Below, piece by piece: positions 1 through 10,686 of a DNA stretch of 64,000 bases. How positions within the stretch are numbered: position 1 is the stretch's first letter; every line of letters begins with the position of its first letter. The stretch covers positions 18,117 to 82,116 of the forward strand of contig JBBQRL010000001.1 of the NCBI GenBank assembly GCA_038214925.1, in the 5' to 3' direction. The notes beneath the pieces were generated by a model that was not told the DNA's origin, ran no database searches, and saw only the letters and a list, made by a program, of their open reading frames with translations. A program made the position numbers and the translations under genes. The stretch comes from Candidatus Nanopelagicales bacterium (GTDB lineage: Bacteria > Actinomycetota > Actinomycetes > Nanopelagicales > Nanopelagicaceae).

Positions 1-354
1 TACTTGTTTAATCGTAAAGGCGTGATCATTGTTAAAAAAGATGGCGCACTCACCGAAGATTCGATTTTGGAAGCAGTTCTTGAAGCTGGCGCAGAAGAAG
101 TAAATGACTTGGGTGAAGCCTTTGAAATTGTTAGTGAACCCGTTGACCTGGTACCAGTTCGAGAAGCATTGCAAAACGCGGGCATCGATTACGAATCGGC
201 CGACTCGTCGTTTTTGCCATCTATGAGCATTCCATTGGATGCTGAAGGTGCCACAAAGGTTTTTGAACTTATCGACGCGATTGAAGAACTTGATGATGTG
301 CAAAATGTTTATAGTAACTTCGACGTCTCTGATGAAGTGATGGCGAGCCTGTAG
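1..354 (+). CDS. yebC: YebC/PmpR-family transcriptional regulator, C-terminal part (5' end lies outside window)
   Basis: Frame is open from base 1 to the stop at 352-354. The C-terminal sequence (..[21 protein letters not shown]) is typical of the YebC family. It sits directly upstream of ruvC-ruvA-ruvB, the usual position. Confidence 0.85.
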   Translation, partial: YLFNRKGVIIVKKDGALTEDSILEAVLEAGAEEVNDLGEAFEIVSEPVDLVPVREALQNAGIDYESADSSFLPSMSIPLDAEGATKVFELIDAIEELDDVQNVYSNFDVSDEVMASL

Positions 355-356
355 CA

Positions 357-893
357 GTGAGAGTTTTGGGTGTCGACCCTGGTCTTACTCGTTGTGGCAT
401 TGGTTTAGTTGAAGGTGCAATTGGCTCACCCCTTAAATTAGTTGACGTGGGCGTAATTTTAACGGGTGTAGATCTCGACTTAGACCAACGATTATTAGAG
501 CTAGATCGGCAGCTGACGCAATTAGTTGATGTGTGGCAACCAGATGTTGTTGCCGTTGAGAGGGTTTTCTCGCAACACAATGTGCGAACCGTGATGGGAA
601 CTGGTCAAGCCGCTGGAGTCGCTTTACTGATTGCGGCAAAGGCTGGAATTCCAGTAATGATGCACACGCCGTCGGAAGTAAAGGCAGCTATTACAGGAAG
701 TGGCCGTGCTAATAAAGTGCAGGTCGCGTTAATGGTTCAAAAGATTCTCAACCTTGAAACTATTCCTAAACCAGTTGATGCAACCGATGCCCTGGCGCTA
801 GCAATTTGTCATATTTGGCGAGGCGGGGCTAATGCCAAGATTGCACAAGCGGTTGCTAATGAAAAAAGCCGGTTGAAGAAGTTGCGTGCTTAA
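357..893 (+). CDS. ruvC: Holliday junction resolvase RuvC
   Basis: GTG start. N-terminus [14 protein letters not shown] carries the catalytic Asp. About 178 aa, followed by ruvA and ruvB. Confidence 0.95.
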   Translation: MRVLGVDPGLTRCGIGLVEGAIGSPLKLVDVGVILTGVDLDLDQRLLELDRQLTQLVDVWQPDVVAVERVFSQHNVRTVMGTGQAAGVALLIAAKAGIPVMMHTPSEVKAAITGSGRANKVQVALMVQKILNLETIPKPVDATDALALAICHIWRGGANAKIAQAVANEKSRLKKLRA

Positions 894-1507
894 TGATCTC
901 TTTATTAACGGGTGAAGTCCGCAGTATCGCCCTTGATCGTTTAGTGGTTGAAGTTGGTGGATTTGGTTTATTGGTAATTGTCACGCCATCGACTACGGCG
1001 CAGGTAACTTTAGGATCACAGCTACAACTATTTACTTCCTTGGTTGTCCGTGAAGATGCATTAACTTTGTATGGTTTCACAACCGAAGAATCCCGAACAC
1101 TATTTGAACTTGTCCAAACCGTTTCTGGCATTGGCCCCAAGGTGGCAATGTCTATTGTTGGTGCGATGTCACCAGAGGATTTAGCTCGTGCGATTGCACA
1201 AGAAGAGATCTCGGTAATTGAAAAAGTTCCGGGGATCGGTCGCAAAGGAGCGCAACGTTTGATTCTCGAGTTAAAGGGGAAGTTGACTGACCTTTCGCCG
1301 GCACAGAGTTATAAAGGTCATCAGCCAGCGTGGCGCGAGCAGTTATCTAGTGCATTGGTCTCACTCGGTTTTTCACCGAAAGAATCCGATAACGCCATCA
1401 CAATCGTGGTCTCTGATTTGTTAGTCGATGGCGTTGAAGCGGCCACAATGCCTTTAAGTGATTTGTTAAAACTCGCCTTAGCCAGCGGAAAGAGTTCTCG
1501 TGGCTGA
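893..1507 (+). CDS. ruvA: Holliday junction DNA helicase subunit RuvA
   Basis: TAATG overlap with ruvC. HhH motifs ([21 protein letters not shown]). 204 aa. Confidence 0.95.
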   Translation: MISLLTGEVRSIALDRLVVEVGGFGLLVIVTPSTTAQVTLGSQLQLFTSLVVREDALTLYGFTTEESRTLFELVQTVSGIGPKVAMSIVGAMSPEDLARAIAQEEISVIEKVPGIGRKGAQRLILELKGKLTDLSPAQSYKGHQPAWREQLSSALVSLGFSPKESDNAITIVVSDLLVDGVEAATMPLSDLLKLALASGKSSRG

Positions 1508-2540
1508 GGATCGCTTAGTCACGCCGCATGTGAAAGGGGAGGAGTCTGCCCTCGAGCACGCACTTCGCCCTAAGACGCTCCATGATTTTATTGGGCAAAA
1601 GCGAGTACGCGATCAGATCGACGTCTTGTTAACTGCTGCCCGTCATCGAAATTCGCCGGCTGACCACATTTTGCTTTCTGGCCCACCTGGATTAGGTAAG
1701 ACAACATTGGCTCTGATTTTAGCTAGTGAAATGGCCACACCAATTCGATTAACAAGTGGTCCAGCAATAACTCATGCGGGCGATCTAGCGGCAATTTTAT
1801 CGTCACTAGTCGAAGGTGAAATTTTATTTATCGATGAGATTCACCGACTGCCACGACCGGCGGAAGAGCTGTTGTATCTAGCGATGGAGGATTTCCGAGT
1901 TGATGTTGTTGTAGGAAAAGGACCAGGTGCCACGGCGATTCCGTTGCAGCTACCGCACTTCACATTAGTAGGTGCAACAACTCGCGCCGGTTTACTTCCA
2001 AGCCCATTGCGTGATCGCTTTGGCTTTACGGCGCACCTTGATTTTTATGATGAAAAAGATATTGCCCAAGTAATTACTAGAAGCGCGCAATTACTTTCGA
2101 TAGTAATTGATATCGACGCAATTGTTGAAGTCGCTGGTCGCTCACGTGGAACACCACGCATCGCTAATCGATTGCTGCGAAGAGTTCGAGATTTCGGTCA
2201 AGTTCAGGGCAGCGTAAAGATTTCACTCGTCGATGCGAGAGCAGCATTAGAAATGTATGAAGTTGATGAGCTTGGCTTAGATCGCCTTGATCGTTCCGTC
2301 TTGGTCGCTCTGATTGAACGATTTAATGGTGGCCCAGTTGGCCTTTCCACCTTAGCGATCGCAGTTGGTGAAGAGACGGAGACCGTTGAATCGGTAGCCG
2401 AGCCGTTTTTAGTTCGAAATGGCTTTATGGCCCGAACACCACGCGGGCGTGTGGCAACGGCTATGGGTTGGCGACATATAGGACGAACACCACCCGTGGA
2501 AATCTCCACGCTTTTCGACTTACCCGCCTCTGACGCCTAG
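1500..2540 (+). CDS. ruvB: Holliday junction DNA helicase RuvB
   Basis: AAA+ Walker [10 protein letters not shown] and Walker B FIDEIHRL. 8-nt overlap with ruvA. Confidence 0.97.
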   Translation: MAEDRLVTPHVKGEESALEHALRPKTLHDFIGQKRVRDQIDVLLTAARHRNSPADHILLSGPPGLGKTTLALILASEMATPIRLTSGPAITHAGDLAAILSSLVEGEILFIDEIHRLPRPAEELLYLAMEDFRVDVVVGKGPGATAIPLQLPHFTLVGATTRAGLLPSPLRDRFGFTAHLDFYDEKDIAQVITRSAQLLSIVIDIDAIVEVAGRSRGTPRIANRLLRRVRDFGQVQGSVKISLVDARAALEMYEVDELGLDRLDRSVLVALIERFNGGPVGLSTLAIAVGEETETVESVAEPFLVRNGFMARTPRGRVATAMGWRHIGRTPPVEISTLFDLPASDA

Positions 2541-2551
2541 ACTCTCGGCTT

Positions 2552-4063
2552 ATGTCTACATCTATTAAACCAATTAAGACGACTAGCCGTCCGGTGCGCA
2601 CTTTGGCGATACTTGGACTTGTTCTTGTCGCAATGGCCGGCCTGGTTTTCATCCAAGGCGCTACTTCAATCAAGTTAGGTCTTGATCTTCGCGGAGGAAC
2701 TTCCGTGACTTTGCAACCGCGGATTGCACCCGGGGAAGAGGGCAAAGTTACTAATGAAGCGATCGATCAAGCCGTAGCTATTATTCGCCAGCGCGTTAAC
2801 TCATTAGGTGTAGCTGAATCAGAAGTTGCCGCACAAGGAACTGGTACGAATCGTCAGATTTTAATTTCAGTTCCTGGTGACACTGGTCGTCGTGTTGTGG
2901 AATTAGTTGGTCAAACTGCCGAACTTCGTTTTCGCCAAGTGCTTGCATCCACTTCGGGTGTTCCAGCAGCTGCGGATCCAACTGCAACTCCGGCGGCAGG
3001 TGTGAGCGCCGAAGTTAATGCAAAATTTGCCGCACTCGATTGCACAAAGCCAGAAAATCTTCAGGGCGGCGCAACGGATGCTCCAACTGATGTAATCGTC
3101 TCTTGTGATCGCGCCGGAGTGACAAAATATATTTTGGCACCGGCTGAAGTTCTTGGTCGTCAAGTCTCAAAAGCTTCTGCCGGATTAGATACTCAGGCAG
3201 GAAGCGCTTGGTTTGTTTCACTAACATTTAATGGCGAAGGAACATCTGCTTTTGGTGCGCTCACTGCGCGAGTGACATCTTTGCCAGAACCAACAAATCA
3301 AGTTGCAATCGTTCTTGATGGTCTTGTTGTTTCAGCGCCCCGCATCAATGAAGCGATTCCATCAGGAACTGCCCAAATCACGGGAAGCTTTACCCAACTT
3401 GAGGCTCAAGATCTTGCAAATGTTTTGAAATACGGCGCGCTACCGCTTGCATTTGATCGCGGTGAAGTTCAGCAAGTATCACCAACACTTGGCTCCGATC
3501 AGCTCAACGCTGGTTTACTCGCTGGTGCTTTGGGTCTATTACTGGTTGTTTTATTTACGCTTCTTTACTACCGCGTTTTAGGTTTTGTAACCGTTGGTTC
3601 GCTAGCTATCGCAGGTGGCATGTTGTACATGTTGATCTTGCTTCTTGGTGAGTGGATCGGATTTACGTTAACTCTGGCTGGAATCGCCGGTGCGATCGTA
3701 GCGATTGGCGTTACCGCAGACTCGTTTATCGTCTACTTCGAGCGTGTGCGAGATGAGATGCGTGAAGGACGAACACTTCGCACAGCAGTTGAAACCGGAT
3801 GGGTTCGCGCCCGTCGCACGATCTTGATCGCCGACTTTGTTTCGTTGATCGCCGCCGTGATGTTGTACTTCTTCGCAGTAGGTGGCGTAAGAGGCTTCGC
3901 ATTTACCTTGGGTCTGACCACGATCATCGACTTAATTATTATCTTCGTATTTACCAAGCCAGCACTGGTTCTGGTATCTCGTTCGAACTTCTTTACTTCA
4001 GGTCACCGACTATCTGGTTTCTCGAGCAAGAGTCTCGGCATGCCAACAACTAAGGAGGCATAA
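2552..4063 (+). CDS. secD: Protein translocase subunit SecD
   Basis: N-terminal TM segment, LGLDLRGG motif, periplasmic domain, then a C-terminal 5-6 TM block. Adjacent to secF. Confidence 0.93.
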   Translation: MSTSIKPIKTTSRPVRTLAILGLVLVAMAGLVFIQGATSIKLGLDLRGGTSVTLQPRIAPGEEGKVTNEAIDQAVAIIRQRVNSLGVAESEVAAQGTGTNRQILISVPGDTGRRVVELVGQTAELRFRQVLASTSGVPAAADPTATPAAGVSAEVNAKFAALDCTKPENLQGGATDAPTDVIVSCDRAGVTKYILAPAEVLGRQVSKASAGLDTQAGSAWFVSLTFNGEGTSAFGALTARVTSLPEPTNQVAIVLDGLVVSAPRINEAIPSGTAQITGSFTQLEAQDLANVLKYGALPLAFDRGEVQQVSPTLGSDQLNAGLLAGALGLLLVVLFTLLYYRVLGFVTVGSLAIAGGMLYMLILLLGEWIGFTLTLAGIAGAIVAIGVTADSFIVYFERVRDEMREGRTLRTAVETGWVRARRTILIADFVSLIAAVMLYFFAVGGVRGFAFTLGLTTIIDLIIIFVFTKPALVLVSRSNFFTSGHRLSGFSSKSLGMPTTKEA

Positions 4064-4065
4064 AG

Positions 4066-5115
4066 ATGTCTAAGTTCTCAGGTCTTGGCGGCCGTCTTTA
4101 TCGCGGCGAAACTTCAGTTGATTTCATCGGTAAGCGTCGCCGTTGGTATGGCGTTTCACTTCTAATGATCGCGATTTCTATTGGTGCTTTAGCGGTTCAA
4201 GGTTTGCAACTTGGTATCGAATTCAAGGGTGGTTCATCTTTCACAGTAACCACGCCTAACCCAACAGTTGAACAAGCTCGAACTGCTGTTGAAGCAACTG
4301 GCGTTGCTGGTGAGATAATTGTTCAAACAATTGGTAGCGACAAAGTTCGCGTGCAAACAGGCGCACTGGAAACATCGGCAAACAATGCGATTCAAGATGC
4401 CTTAGCGAAGAGTTTTGGTGTCGAGCTAGGTTCAATTGATTCACAGATTATTGGACCTTCGTGGGGCAAGGAAATCACTCGCAAAGCCTTAACTGGTTTG
4501 ATCGGCTTCTTAATCGTGATCATGATCTACCTGGCTATGGCACTTGAGCCAAAGATGGCCTTTGCCGCAATTGTTGCGGTACTTCACGACGTTTTCATTA
4601 CTGTCGGAATTTACGCGCTCGTTGGTTTTGATGTAACACCAGCAACGGTGATCGGCTTCCTGACAATTTTGGGTTACTCGTTGTATGACACAGTCGTTGT
4701 CTTTGACAAGGTACGTGAAAACACTAAATCTATTACCGCAACTTCAACGAAGACGTATTCACAAGCTGTTAATTTAGCGGTCAACCAGACAATCGTTCGT
4801 TCGGCAAACACTTCCATCGTTGCGATCTTGCCGGTAGCGGCGATTCTCTTTGTTGGTGCCGGTCTACTTGGAGCGGGAACTCTGAAAGATCTTTCACTAG
4901 CGTTATTTATCGGCCTTCTAGTCGGTACTTATTCGTCGATCTTTATCGCACCGCCAGTGTTGGCAACGTTGCGAGAAAAAGAGCCAGCGATGCAAGCGTT
5001 AGCTAAGCGGGTAAATGCACGCTCTGGTGGAGCACCAGTTGTTGCAACTGCTGTGGTGGATTCGGTAGTTGGTCGCGGACCTCGCAACCAACCAAAACGC
5101 AAGGGTCGTAAGTAG
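4066..5115 (+). CDS. secF: Protein translocase subunit SecF
   Basis: GIEFKGG motif and an RND-like TM block. Lies 2 nt after secD. Confidence 0.93.
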   Translation: MSKFSGLGGRLYRGETSVDFIGKRRRWYGVSLLMIAISIGALAVQGLQLGIEFKGGSSFTVTTPNPTVEQARTAVEATGVAGEIIVQTIGSDKVRVQTGALETSANNAIQDALAKSFGVELGSIDSQIIGPSWGKEITRKALTGLIGFLIVIMIYLAMALEPKMAFAAIVAVLHDVFITVGIYALVGFDVTPATVIGFLTILGYSLYDTVVVFDKVRENTKSITATSTKTYSQAVNLAVNQTIVRSANTSIVAILPVAAILFVGAGLLGAGTLKDLSLALFIGLLVGTYSSIFIAPPVLATLREKEPAMQALAKRVNARSGGAPVVATAVVDSVVGRGPRNQPKRKGRK

Positions 5116-5123
5116 GACCATTT

Positions 5124-7286
5124 GTGGATACTTTGATTGCACCACTTGTTAATGCGCTCAAAGAAAATCACGCCTCAGTAGATTCTGATTTAGTCGTGCG
5201 CGCCTTTGAAACTGCGCGAACGGCACATACCGGCCAGGTACGTAAATCTGGTGAGGAGTACATAACTCACCCAGTAGCCGTTGCCGAAATCTTGGCACAC
5301 CTTGGTTTAAATACTGAGACTGTAATTGCAGCATTACTTCACGACACCGTAGAAGATACGCCGTATTCGCTGGCACAACTTCGCAGTGATTTTGGTTCAG
5401 AGATTGCAGATTTAGTTGATGGTGTTACTAAGTTAGACAAACTTACCTATGGCCCAACTGCCGAAGCAGAAACAGTTCGCAAGATGGTCGTTGCAATGTC
5501 GCGAGATATTCGAGTCTTAGTTATTAAATTAGCCGACCGTCTGCACAACGCCAGAACCTGGGCCTTTGTTTCACCCGAAACTGCTCAGCGTAAAGCCCGC
5601 GAAACCCTAGATATTTACGCACCACTTGCCCACCGGTTAGGTATGAACGCCATTAAGTGGGAGTTAGAGGATCTATCTTTTGAAGTCTTGGAGCCAAAAA
5701 AGTTTGAGGAGATCTCGCGCCTGGTCGCGGAGCGTTCGCCATCGCGAGACAAGTTATCGGCTGAAGTTGTTGAAACGGTTAAGGATGATTTAGCAAAAGA
5801 TCATATTGAAGCCATTGTTACCGGTCGAAAGAAACATTTTTTCTCGGTTTACCAAAAGATGGTGGTTCGGGGCCGCGAATTTAACGAGATTTATGATCTA
5901 GTCGGGATCAGAGTTTTAGTAAATGATGTTCGAGATTGTTATGCAGTTTTAGGTTCAATTCACGCACGGTGGAGTCCAGTTCCTGGACGTTTTAAAGATT
6001 ACATAGCAATGCCTAAATTTAATTTATATCAATCTCTACATACAACAGTAATTGGTCCAACGGGTAAGGCGATCGAGATTCAGATCAGAACGCACGAGAT
6101 GCATACCCGCGCCGAGCTCGGTATCGCCGCACACTGGAAATACAAGCAAGGTCCAGAGAATTCAAATTCATCTCCAGAAATGTTGTGGTTGCGCCAGCTA
6201 CACGAATGGCAGAAGGAAACTGAAGATCCATCTGATTTCCTAGAGGCGCTACGGTTTGATTTAGGAACTCCTGAGGTTTTTGTCTTTACGCCTAAAGGCA
6301 ATGTGGTGGCACTGCCTGGTGGTTCAACTCCAGTGGACTTTGCATTCTCAGTTCACACCGATGTTGGATTGCGATGTGCTGGTGCAAAAGTTAATGGCCG
6401 ATTGGTACCACTTGAGTCCAGACTCAACAACGGTGATGTGGTTGAAGTTGTAATTAATAAGGGTGTCAATGCTGGACCAAGTCGTGATTGGTTAAATTTT
6501 GTAAAGAGTCCACGCGCCCGATCAAAGATAAAAGCCTGGTTTAGTAAAGAGCGTCGCGAAGAAGCAATTGACGCTGGGCGAGAATCAATTGCCCGCCAGA
6601 TGCGAAAAGCTGGACTGCCCCTGCAAAAGATATTTGCCGGGCAGTCATTATTACAGTTAGCACATGATCTGAGTTATTCAGATATCGAAGGTTTATATAC
6701 CGCCGTTGGTGATGGCCATGTATCTGCTGCATCAGTGATTGATAAATTAGTTGCGGCAATGGGTGCCGATGATTCACACCCTGAACCAACAATGGATGTT
6801 TTTCCGAGTCGCCCACCAACAGTGCGCCGATCAAGTAATGCCATTGATGTTGAAGGCGCCGACGATGTTTTGGTGAAGCTGGCGCGTTGCTGTACACCGG
6901 TGCCAGGGGATTCGATTATGGGTTTCATCACTAAGGGTAGTGGCGTCTCTATCCATCGCGCCGATTGCACCAATGCATCGGATTTAGAGAAGCATCAATT
7001 AGATCGTGTTGTAAAAGTAAGTTGGCGCTTAGGTGCGGCTTCGATTTTCTTAGTTAATATTCAGGTAGAGGCGCTCGATCGAGCATCTTTGTTAGCCGAT
7101 GTAACGCGCACGCTTTCGGATCAGCACGTTAATATTTTAAGTGCGGCCGTAAGCACTTCAAAAGACCGAACCGCACTGTCACGATTTACTTTTGAAATGG
7201 CTGATGCAACCCATTTAGATGCAGTTCTTAGCGCTGTTCGTTCGATTGAAGGCGTATACGACGTCTATCGAACTACGAATAATTAA
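5124..7286 (+). CDS. relA: Bifunctional (p)ppGpp synthetase/hydrolase Rel (RelA/SpoT family)
   Basis: HD hydrolase motif (HPVAVA..LLHDTVEDT), synthetase core (..YQSLHTTV..EIQIRT), and TGS and C-terminal ACT regions. 720 aa. Confidence 0.95.
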   Translation: MDTLIAPLVNALKENHASVDSDLVVRAFETARTAHTGQVRKSGEEYITHPVAVAEILAHLGLNTETVIAALLHDTVEDTPYSLAQLRSDFGSEIADLVDGVTKLDKLTYGPTAEAETVRKMVVAMSRDIRVLVIKLADRLHNARTWAFVSPETAQRKARETLDIYAPLAHRLGMNAIKWELEDLSFEVLEPKKFEEISRLVAERSPSRDKLSAEVVETVKDDLAKDHIEAIVTGRKKHFFSVYQKMVVRGREFNEIYDLVGIRVLVNDVRDCYAVLGSIHARWSPVPGRFKDYIAMPKFNLYQSLHTTVIGPTGKAIEIQIRTHEMHTRAELGIAAHWKYKQGPENSNSSPEMLWLRQLHEWQKETEDPSDFLEALRFDLGTPEVFVFTPKGNVVALPGGSTPVDFAFSVHTDVGLRCAGAKVNGRLVPLESRLNNGDVVEVVINKGVNAGPSRDWLNFVKSPRARSKIKAWFSKERREEAIDAGRESIARQMRKAGLPLQKIFAGQSLLQLAHDLSYSDIEGLYTAVGDGHVSAASVIDKLVAAMGADDSHPEPTMDVFPSRPPTVRRSSNAIDVEGADDVLVKLARCCTPVPGDSIMGFITKGSGVSIHRADCTNASDLEKHQLDRVVKVSWRLGAASIFLVNIQVEALDRASLLADVTRTLSDQHVNILSAAVSTSKDRTALSRFTFEMADATHLDAVLSAVRSIEGVYDVYRTTNN

Positions 7287-8587
7287 CTAAATTCAGCGAG
7301 AGATTTTTCAGCTTCAGCTAGCCACACACGACGTGCATCTGCTGACTCTTTAGCCTCGGCTGCTTTTTTAGCATTGCCGGCAGCCGCTGATTTTTCGGCC
7401 ACCTTTTCATAGCTGGCAATTGACTCAGTTAGTTGTGTAACAACTTCTTCGGCGCGCTTTTTAGCGGCCGGATCAGTTTTGCGCCAAAGATCTGCCTCTG
7501 TTTCTTTTACTGTGGTTTCAACTGCAGCAACGCGAGTATCTAATGCCGCGCGCTTATCGCGATGCGTCATGCCGATTTTTTCCCAAGCGCGAAGATGTTC
7601 TGATAGCTCCTTGCGAGCAGTTTTAATATCGGTGATCGGCAAGATCGCTTCAATCAAAGTTACTAACTCTTCCCGCTTGATCAAGTTCGTGGCCATTGTG
7701 ACATCACGCTTTTCTAGATCTGCATTTTTTGCGGTGAAGAATTGGTCTTGCGCGGCTTTAAAACGAGCCCACAACTTTGCATCTTCCGATGGCTTTGCTC
7801 GTCCAGATGCTTTCCATTGATCCATTAGTACCTTGAAACGCTTTGCCGTTGGTACCCATTCAGTTGATGTTGCAAGCTTTTCAGCTTCAGCGACAATTAA
7901 CTTCTTGGCATCGGATACAACTGATTGAACCGCTTCGAGTGCGGCAAAGTGAGTACGGCGACGCTTATCGAATTTATTTCGGGACGATGAGAAACGCTTC
8001 CATAGTTCGGCATCGGCAACTTTGTCTAGACGCGGCGCCGCTTTCCATTCATCCATCAAAACTTTGAGTCGATCGCCAGTGTTTTTCCAGCTCTCGGACA
8101 GTGCCAAGCTTTCAGCTTCGGTAACGATTTTTTCCTTCTCAACTAATATCTGTTCGCGGCGGGCAGATTTAGCGGCAGTTTCGGCCGCTTTCTTTGCCTC
8201 GTATGCCTCGCGATGTCCTTCAATTAATGGTTCGATCTGTTCAACCGAAGCAGCCAAAGCTTCGAGATCGCCAACTGCATTTAATTCTTTTACTTGATCA
8301 CGTAGTTTTTTTACCGCAGCGTATGCATCTGATGGAACTAGTGCGCCACTTTTAATTCGGGCAGCAAGTAGAACTACTTCACCAGCTATTACTTCGAATT
8401 TTCGTACGAAGTATGCGAGCGCTTCTTCGGCGCTCTTTCCAGGATAGGAACCAACGGCTTTTTCACCCGATGGCGTGCGAACAAAAACAGTTCCGTCATC
8501 GCCTACTCGTCCAAAGGCTGAAGGATCTCCAATCAGCGCACTTGTTGTTGTGGCCTGAGGTGGGAAATTCATATCTGTCATGATCAT
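7283..8587 (-). CDS. DUF349 repeat protein (function unknown)
   Basis: Three roughly 75-aa repeats with the DUF349 signature (W..x..R.KVLMDxWKA...LWxRF). SD-like AAAGGA lies 3-9 nt upstream of the ATG at 8587. Confidence 0.8.
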   Translation of the reverse strand: MIMTDMNFPPQATTTSALIGDPSAFGRVGDDGTVFVRTPSGEKAVGSYPGKSAEEALAYFVRKFEVIAGEVVLLAARIKSGALVPSDAYAAVKKLRDQVKELNAVGDLEALAASVEQIEPLIEGHREAYEAKKAAETAAKSARREQILVEKEKIVTEAESLALSESWKNTGDRLKVLMDEWKAAPRLDKVADAELWKRFSSSRNKFDKRRRTHFAALEAVQSVVSDAKKLIVAEAEKLATSTEWVPTAKRFKVLMDQWKASGRAKPSEDAKLWARFKAAQDQFFTAKNADLEKRDVTMATNLIKREELVTLIEAILPITDIKTARKELSEHLRAWEKIGMTHRDKRAALDTRVAAVETTVKETEADLWRKTDPAAKKRAEEVVTQLTESIASYEKVAEKSAAAGNAKKAAEAKESADARRVWLAEAEKSLAEFS

Positions 8588-8749
8588 GATCCTTTCAGCG
8601 CGTTGTTCTTTTTGAACGTCGCTATGTGTGGGCGTTGCCCAGAAGTTGGTCTACTTCCGAGCGTGGGTTGAGTACCTAGTGCAGGGTAAAAGGTACCCTG
8701 TCTACCTACGTGAGCGTCAATCGCTCTCTTTTATGAGCGTGCGAGGGGA

Positions 8750-9421
8750 GTGAAAAAACTGTTAATCGACTCGTTTGCCGCTCCTATGTATGCCACCAAT
8801 TGTTGGGTACTTGCAACCGAACCAGGTGCCGAGTGCATAGTTATTGATCCGGGCATGCCCAATGTTTCCCTTCAGTTAGAAGAGCTGCTAGAAAAACACC
8901 GGCTGAAGCCAGTCGCCGTGATTGCAACGCATGGTCACTTAGACCATACCTTTTCAATTCAAGCGATCGCCGATGGATATGGAATTCCAACTTTTATTCA
9001 TAGTCAGGATCGATCGTCACTTGCTAACCCGGCAGATTTTCACGGCCCTGAATTTGCGGCAACGTTAAAAGAGATGAGTTTTGTCGAGCCGGCCGATGTT
9101 CGTGAATTGCGCAACGGCGAAGTTCTGGAATTGGTAGGTTTAACTTTTACAACTATTCATGCACCAGGTCACACGCGGGGTTCACTTATGTTTACCGTCT
9201 CTGATGAAGTTCTCATTAGTGGGGATGTACTTTTCGCTGGCGCGATCGGGCGAACGGACTTGCCAAATGGATCGGCAAAAGAGATGGAAGAGACGTTGAA
9301 GAAGAAAGTTATGACGCTACCCGATCACTTACGAGTCTTGCCAGGTCATGGGCCGGAAACTTTTATTGCCCATGAGAAGAAGACAAATCCGTATTTAAAA
9401 CCTTTAGTGGGGCGCTACTAA
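8750..9421 (+). CDS. MBL-fold metallo-hydrolase (glyoxalase II-like)
   Basis: Metallo-beta-lactamase motif ATHGHLDH plus downstream HAPGHT. It precedes hisS, as I recall for mycobacteria. The GTG start is uncertain. Confidence 0.85.
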   Translation: MKKLLIDSFAAPMYATNCWVLATEPGAECIVIDPGMPNVSLQLEELLEKHRLKPVAVIATHGHLDHTFSIQAIADGYGIPTFIHSQDRSSLANPADFHGPEFAATLKEMSFVEPADVRELRNGEVLELVGLTFTTIHAPGHTRGSLMFTVSDEVLISGDVLFAGAIGRTDLPNGSAKEMEETLKKKVMTLPDHLRVLPGHGPETFIAHEKKTNPYLKPLVGRY

Positions 9422-10683
9422 TGGCTCATCAGAAAATTCAAGCACCGAAAGGTGTGAGCGAATATGTTCCAGATCGTTCGCGGGAGTTTGAGTTTGTCCG
9501 CGAAACTTTAATCACGCCAGCAAAACGCGCTGGGTATGCATTGATTGAACTGCCTGTTTTTGAAGATACTGAACTGTTCACCCGCGGTGTTGGCGAGTCA
9601 ACTGACGTGGTGTCAAAAGAGATGTACACCTTTGAAGATCGTGGTGGTCGCTCAATTACGTTGCGTCCAGAAGGTACTGCCGGTGTCATGCGCGCAGTTA
9701 TTGAACATGGTTTAGATCGCGGACAACTTCCAGTAAAACTTTGGTACTCCGGACAGTTCTTTAGGGCAGAGCGTCCGCAAGCTGGTCGCTTTCGTCAGTT
9801 CTATCAGGTGGGTATCGAAGCGATCGGATTAGATGATCCAGCGATCGATGCCGAAGTAATTGCAATTGCCGATGCTGGTTTTAAAGCACTTGGGCTCAAG
9901 CAGTATCGATTAGAAATCACCTCACTTGGTGATGCACAATCTAGAGCCGCTCATAAAGTTGAGTTAGTAAAATTCATAGCTGGTATTTCGCTAGATGAAG
10001 CAACTGTTGCCAGAGCTGCGGTAAATCCACTTCGTTTATTTGACGATAAGCGTGAAGAGATTAAGCAGGTGATGAAAGATGCACCGCTGCTTTTGGATTT
10101 TTTAAGCGAGGCCTCGTTAGCCCACTTTGCCCAAGTAAAAATGTATCTAGCCGAGCTTGGAGTCGAGTACGTCCTTAACCCTCGGATGGTTCGTGGTTTG
10201 GATTATTACACCGGAACCACCTTTGAATTTGTCCACGATTTATTAGGCGCACAATCTGGAATTGGTGGCGGCGGCCGCTACGACGGTTTGATGGAACAAC
10301 TTGGCGGTCAATCACTTTCTGGAATTGGTTTTGGTTTGGGTGTCGATCGCGCACTTCTTGCCGCACAAGCCGAAGAGGTCATCACACATTCTGCATTTGT
10401 CTCGGATTTATTCATCATCCCACTGGGGCAAGCGGCTAAAAAAGCTTCGCTTAAGATCGCCGCAACTCTTCGAAAAGAAGGTAAAACCGTAGAAATCGCC
10501 TTTGGTGACCGAGCTTTAAAAGGTGCAATGAAGGCTGCTGATAAGACCGGTGCTAAATATGTCATTGTTTTAGGAGACGATGAGTTAACTAATGCAGTTG
10601 TTGATTTAAAGGATATGAAAACTGGGCAGAGTTCATCGGTTAAGATTGACTCCTTACTTCAATTGTTGACGACAGGTTTATAA
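9421..10683 (+). CDS. hisS: Histidine--tRNA ligase
   Basis: Class II aaRS motifs (..[14 protein letters not shown].., GGGGRYDGL) and a C-terminal anticodon-binding domain. TAATG overlap with the upstream gene. Confidence 0.95.
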   Translation: MAHQKIQAPKGVSEYVPDRSREFEFVRETLITPAKRAGYALIELPVFEDTELFTRGVGESTDVVSKEMYTFEDRGGRSITLRPEGTAGVMRAVIEHGLDRGQLPVKLWYSGQFFRAERPQAGRFRQFYQVGIEAIGLDDPAIDAEVIAIADAGFKALGLKQYRLEITSLGDAQSRAAHKVELVKFIAGISLDEATVARAAVNPLRLFDDKREEIKQVMKDAPLLLDFLSEASLAHFAQVKMYLAELGVEYVLNPRMVRGLDYYTGTTFEFVHDLLGAQSGIGGGGRYDGLMEQLGGQSLSGIGFGLGVDRALLAAQAEEVITHSAFVSDLFIIPLGQAAKKASLKIAATLRKEGKTVEIAFGDRALKGAMKAADKTGAKYVIVLGDDELTNAVVDLKDMKTGQSSSVKIDSLLQLLTTGL

Positions 10684-10686
10684 ATA

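Noticed and set aside
2541-2551. Expected yajC between ruvB and secD.
   Set aside because: Only 11 nt separate the two genes, and no small ORF with a YajC-like TM and charged tail is present in any frame here. The gene is simply not at this locus and may be elsewhere in the genome.
8624-8671. A 15-codon micro-ORF, MCGRCPEVGLLPSVG, with a CxxC pair, in the DUF349/MBL spacer.
   Set aside because: There is no SD or -10 geometry in front of it. It is too short to evaluate, and this is a chance-level ORF length. It is mentioned only because it lies in the longest spacer.
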